Under the pieces are notes generated by a model. That model was not told the origin of the DNA, searched no databases, and was given only the letters and a program-made list of their open reading frames with translations. Positions 58,949-64,000 of a stretch of DNA of 64,000 nt are shown one piece after another (within the stretch, counting starts at the first letter, position 1; every line of letters starts with the position of its first letter). A program made the translations under genes and the position numbers. The stretch comes from the human T2T-CHM13v2.0 reference genome, Homo sapiens. The stretch is taken from assembly GCF_009914755.1 (NCBI RefSeq), contig NC_060926.1, one strand, 5' to 3'.

Positions 58949-59231
58949 CTTTTTTTTTTTTTTGAGGTGGAGTCTGGCTCTGTCACCCAGGCTGGAGTAC
59001 AGTGGTGCAATCTCAGCTCACTGCAACCTCTGCCTGCTGGGTTCAAATGATTCTCCTGCCTAGCCTCCCAAGTACCTGGGATTACAGGCACACACCACTA
59101 TGCCCGGCTAATTTTTTTTGTATTTTTAGTAGAGACGGGGTTTTGCCATGTTGGCCAGGCTGGTCAAGTGATCCAACTGTCTAGGTCTCCCAAAGTGCTG
59201 GGATTACAGGCATGAGCCACCACGCCAGGCC
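58949..59231 (-). mobile_element. AluS
   Basis: TSD TTTAGTTCATTCTT. Confidence 0.9.
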
Positions 59232-59708
59232 CGTTTAGTTCATTCTTACTACACACCTTGATTTTCCATGAACATCTCAGGAATCGGAACATACAGATAA
59301 TTCCAGAAAGGAGAGGAATCTGTGTATTTTTCTTCTTTTGTTTCCTTATTATGCCTTGTGAGAGGCCAATGCATGAGTTTTTAACTAGGTCCATGAGAAC
59401 CCACAGAGACAGCCTCGTTTGACCCAGTCTGGTTATCAGAAGAGGGAAGTTCCTTATAATTGTGTATGTATACCTGGTTGGTTCACAGATGTCCTTAAAC
59501 ATGAGAACGACTATGTCTGAAAAAAACTCTCAAGTTTCACCGGGGCTGTTGCACACCCTATAAATGACCCATCATAAAGACCTCACCCCTCTCTGATAGG
59601 ATAAGGCAAAGGTTAAGGTCCATCCTGTTAGCCACACTCTATTTTCCTTCTAGCTAGGCCAGAACATAATATCTGGAACCAACTGTTCTCTCTCTCAGCT
59701 GGCTGTAA

Positions 59709-60003
<295 letters not shown>

Positions 60004-60830
60004 TGTATGCTTTTTATAGTGTTGGGTGGTTAAGTCTTACACAAAGTAAATGCCCAGTAAATACTTATTACTGGTCATGACTCAACCATTCAGGTTGTTA
60101 CTAAGCTAAGACCAGTCACCCCATAGTCCCTGCCATACCATATGCTCCCAGAGAGAGCACTTCTGGCCCTCCCTATGATGGCTGCCACCACCACTACTTT
60201 GTGGGGAAGAATAGTCATCCTGACGGTTAGTCATCCCTAACCTTTGGACTAACTATTCACAATTCAGTTTAGGCTGATTTCTCTTTGCACCTTATATTCC
60301 TATGTGCCTCAGTCACTAGAAGAATAAGCCTTCTAGATCATCCAACATGGATAGATCATCAACAGTGGATACTATCCCAGTACCCTGAGTCCACTGCTAA
60401 TCTGATCAAGCCCCTCTCCCTCTCCTTCCCAAATTCTTCAATGTGCCTTTGCAACTCCAGATCTGTCGCCATCAAATGTCTTTGTAGCCTCGTCCTCTTC
60501 TTTGAATGTTCCCTTCACCACTTGGCAATAAATGAACCTGGCTGTCCCTGAGCAGCCCATCTCCTGAGCAGTCCTCTGAGGTAGAAGCTGCTTTACTTTT
60601 CCCCTGACATTTCAGGCTCCTAAGGGCCAGGGGGTATAGTAGGTTTCCTACTTGCCATTTCCAAACTGTTCCTTGCCTCTCCTCCTTCAGACACGCAGCT
60701 TCTTTGAAGCCTCTCTGATGACCTCCTAACCTTCCAGCTCACTTACTCAAGAACTCCCACTGTCTCAGTTCTTCAACTGTATCTGACACCATTTCTCTCT
60801 TCTCTTATCTTCACTTCCCAACCTCACTTA

Positions 60831-61256
<426 letters not shown>

Positions 61257-61532
61257 CTACCATTCAGACCATTCAGCAAACTCCAGTGCCCAGGCGGCCT
61301 GGTCCTCCATCTCACCCTTCGCTCCATCTTGCCCTTAGCCTGAGCAACCCTGCACCCTGCTCCTTCTCCCCCTGGTCATTTGCGGTCACAGTGCACCAAG
61401 AGAAGAGGACGCCACCTTCCTGGTCTCATCCCTACTCAGGTGTGCACCCTTTGCTAGGGCCCGTGCCTCCACCCAGGTCAGAGCTTGGAGATTCACCCTC
61501 TTGCTTTCACGTTTAAATAAGATGCAAGCAAG

Positions 61533-61908
<376 letters not shown>

Positions 61909-61930
61909 TTAATATTTACTGAAAAGTCTA

Positions 61931-62346
<416 letters not shown>

Positions 62347-62415
62347 TTATAATTGTTGCTATATTCTATCAGTGTTCCACACTAATTGACATAAACTTTA
62401 CAAATATGCTGAGTT

Positions 62416-62559
62416 GGCCAGGTGCGGTGGCTCACACCTGTAATCCCAGCACTTTGGGAGGCAGAGGTGGGAGGATTACTTGAGTCCAGAAGTTCAAGAC
62501 CAACCAGAGCAAGATGGCGACACCTCCAACTACATTAAAATAAATAAATAAATAAATAA
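62416..62559 (+). mobile_element. FLAM-C monomer
   Basis: Left monomer with (AAAT)n tail. Confidence 0.82.
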
Positions 62560-62940
62560 CATTCAAAATCCTAACCTTTCCTTAAGGCATTGTATAAGCT
62601 CACACCTGCCCTCTCTCAGTCACCACATCTCTCTCAATCACCAAACTCCAGCCCCATTGACCTCCTTTCTGTTCTTCCAGCATACCTTGTCCATCTTATC
62701 AATAGCAATATGACACATTAGGTCAAATGTGTTCCTGAAATCAAGGTAGGTTATTATTTAAAGCAGTAGCTCTCAGTCAAAAGTGGTATTGCCATTCTCA
62801 GAGGGCTGGGAAATGTGTGGAGACTTTTTTGAGGACTGTCAAAATGACTAAGGGGATTGAATGGGTAGAGGTTAATCTCCATGAAACGTTAAGAATATCC
62901 TATCTAAAATTCCAGTAGTGCTCCATGTAGAGACATTTAG

Positions 62941-63366
<426 letters not shown>

Positions 63367-63549
63367 TAATTGTAATAGATATCACTTAATAAGCGTCTAC
63401 ATGTTAATTAACTAAACTTTAGTTTAAGTGCTTACTATATAGTGCTTTATATTTTACAAAAGAATTTAAAGTGGAAAAAGATATGAAAAAGGGCTTTTTT
63501 CATGGTAAAGGGTTAGAAGTTTGGCTTTTGGAAACAAAGCTAATTTTTA

Positions 63550-64000
63550 GGCTGGACGTGGTGGCTCACACCTGTAATCCCAGCACTTTGGGAGGCTGAG
63601 GCCAGTAGATTACTTGAGGTCAGGAGTTTGAGACCAGGCTGGTCAACATGGCAAAAACCCATCTCTACCAAAAATACAAAAATTAGCTGGGCGTGGTGGT
63701 GCATGCCTGTAATCCTAGCTACTCAGGAGGCTGAGGCATGAGAATTGCTTGAACCTGGGAGGCGGAGGTTGCAGCGAGCCAAGATCCTGCCACTGCACTC
63801 CAGCCTGGGTGACAGAGTGAGACTCCATGTCAAAAGAAAAAAAAAAGTTGGCCGGACGTGGTATCTCACACCTGTAATCCTAGCACTTTGGGAGGCTGAG
63901 GTGGGCAGATCACTTGAGGTCAGGGGTTCCAGACCAGCCTGGCCAACCTGGCAAAACCCCCGTCTCTACTAAAAATACAAAAATTAGCTGGGCCTGGTGG
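63550..64000 (+). mobile_element. AluS (63550-63846) plus an Alu cut by the window end (63850-64000)
   Basis: Dimer plus left arm. Confidence 0.9.

Overview
Human (or very close great-ape) genomic DNA with no credible protein-coding exon. The anchor is the BC200 RNA gene BCYRN1 at 34355-34554 (+). It matches the 200-nt BC200 sequence as I recall it (Alu/FLAM-C domain, A-rich domain, unique C-rich 3' domain, T4 Pol III terminator), except that the C-run is 11 rather than 12. Because the unique 3' domain and non-repeat upstream flank are present, this is the source locus. That places the window at 2p21 just upstream of EPCAM; from memory of the annotation it lies within the antisense lncRNA EPCAM-DT, with the main EPCAM CpG-island promoter a few kb beyond the right edge. 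A doubly truncated 7SK retropseudogene lies at 58578-58800 (-). The rest is about 85 Alu elements (roughly 35-40% of bases, by hand estimate), MaLR/ERV LTRs (THE1, MLT1, MLT2, LTR8, MER34-like), DNA-transposon fossils (MER20, MER1A, MER45, Tigger3, MER96B-like), and MIR/L2/L1 fragments. A few repeat-free islands look regulatory (about 8.8-10.6, 33.8-34.4, 43.8-44.6 and 53.0-54.1 kb). The supplied ORFs are Alu-derived or chance frames. I found no evidence for a new multi-gene system. The best leads are BC200 locus architecture (retroposition competence, weak terminator and read-through), a 23-nt orphan retro-insertion with A-tail and TSD, the 7SK copy keeping the HEXIM stem-loop, and candidate distal EPCAM promoter/exon/enhancer islands. 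Repeat subfamily names are by eye and boundaries are approximate.
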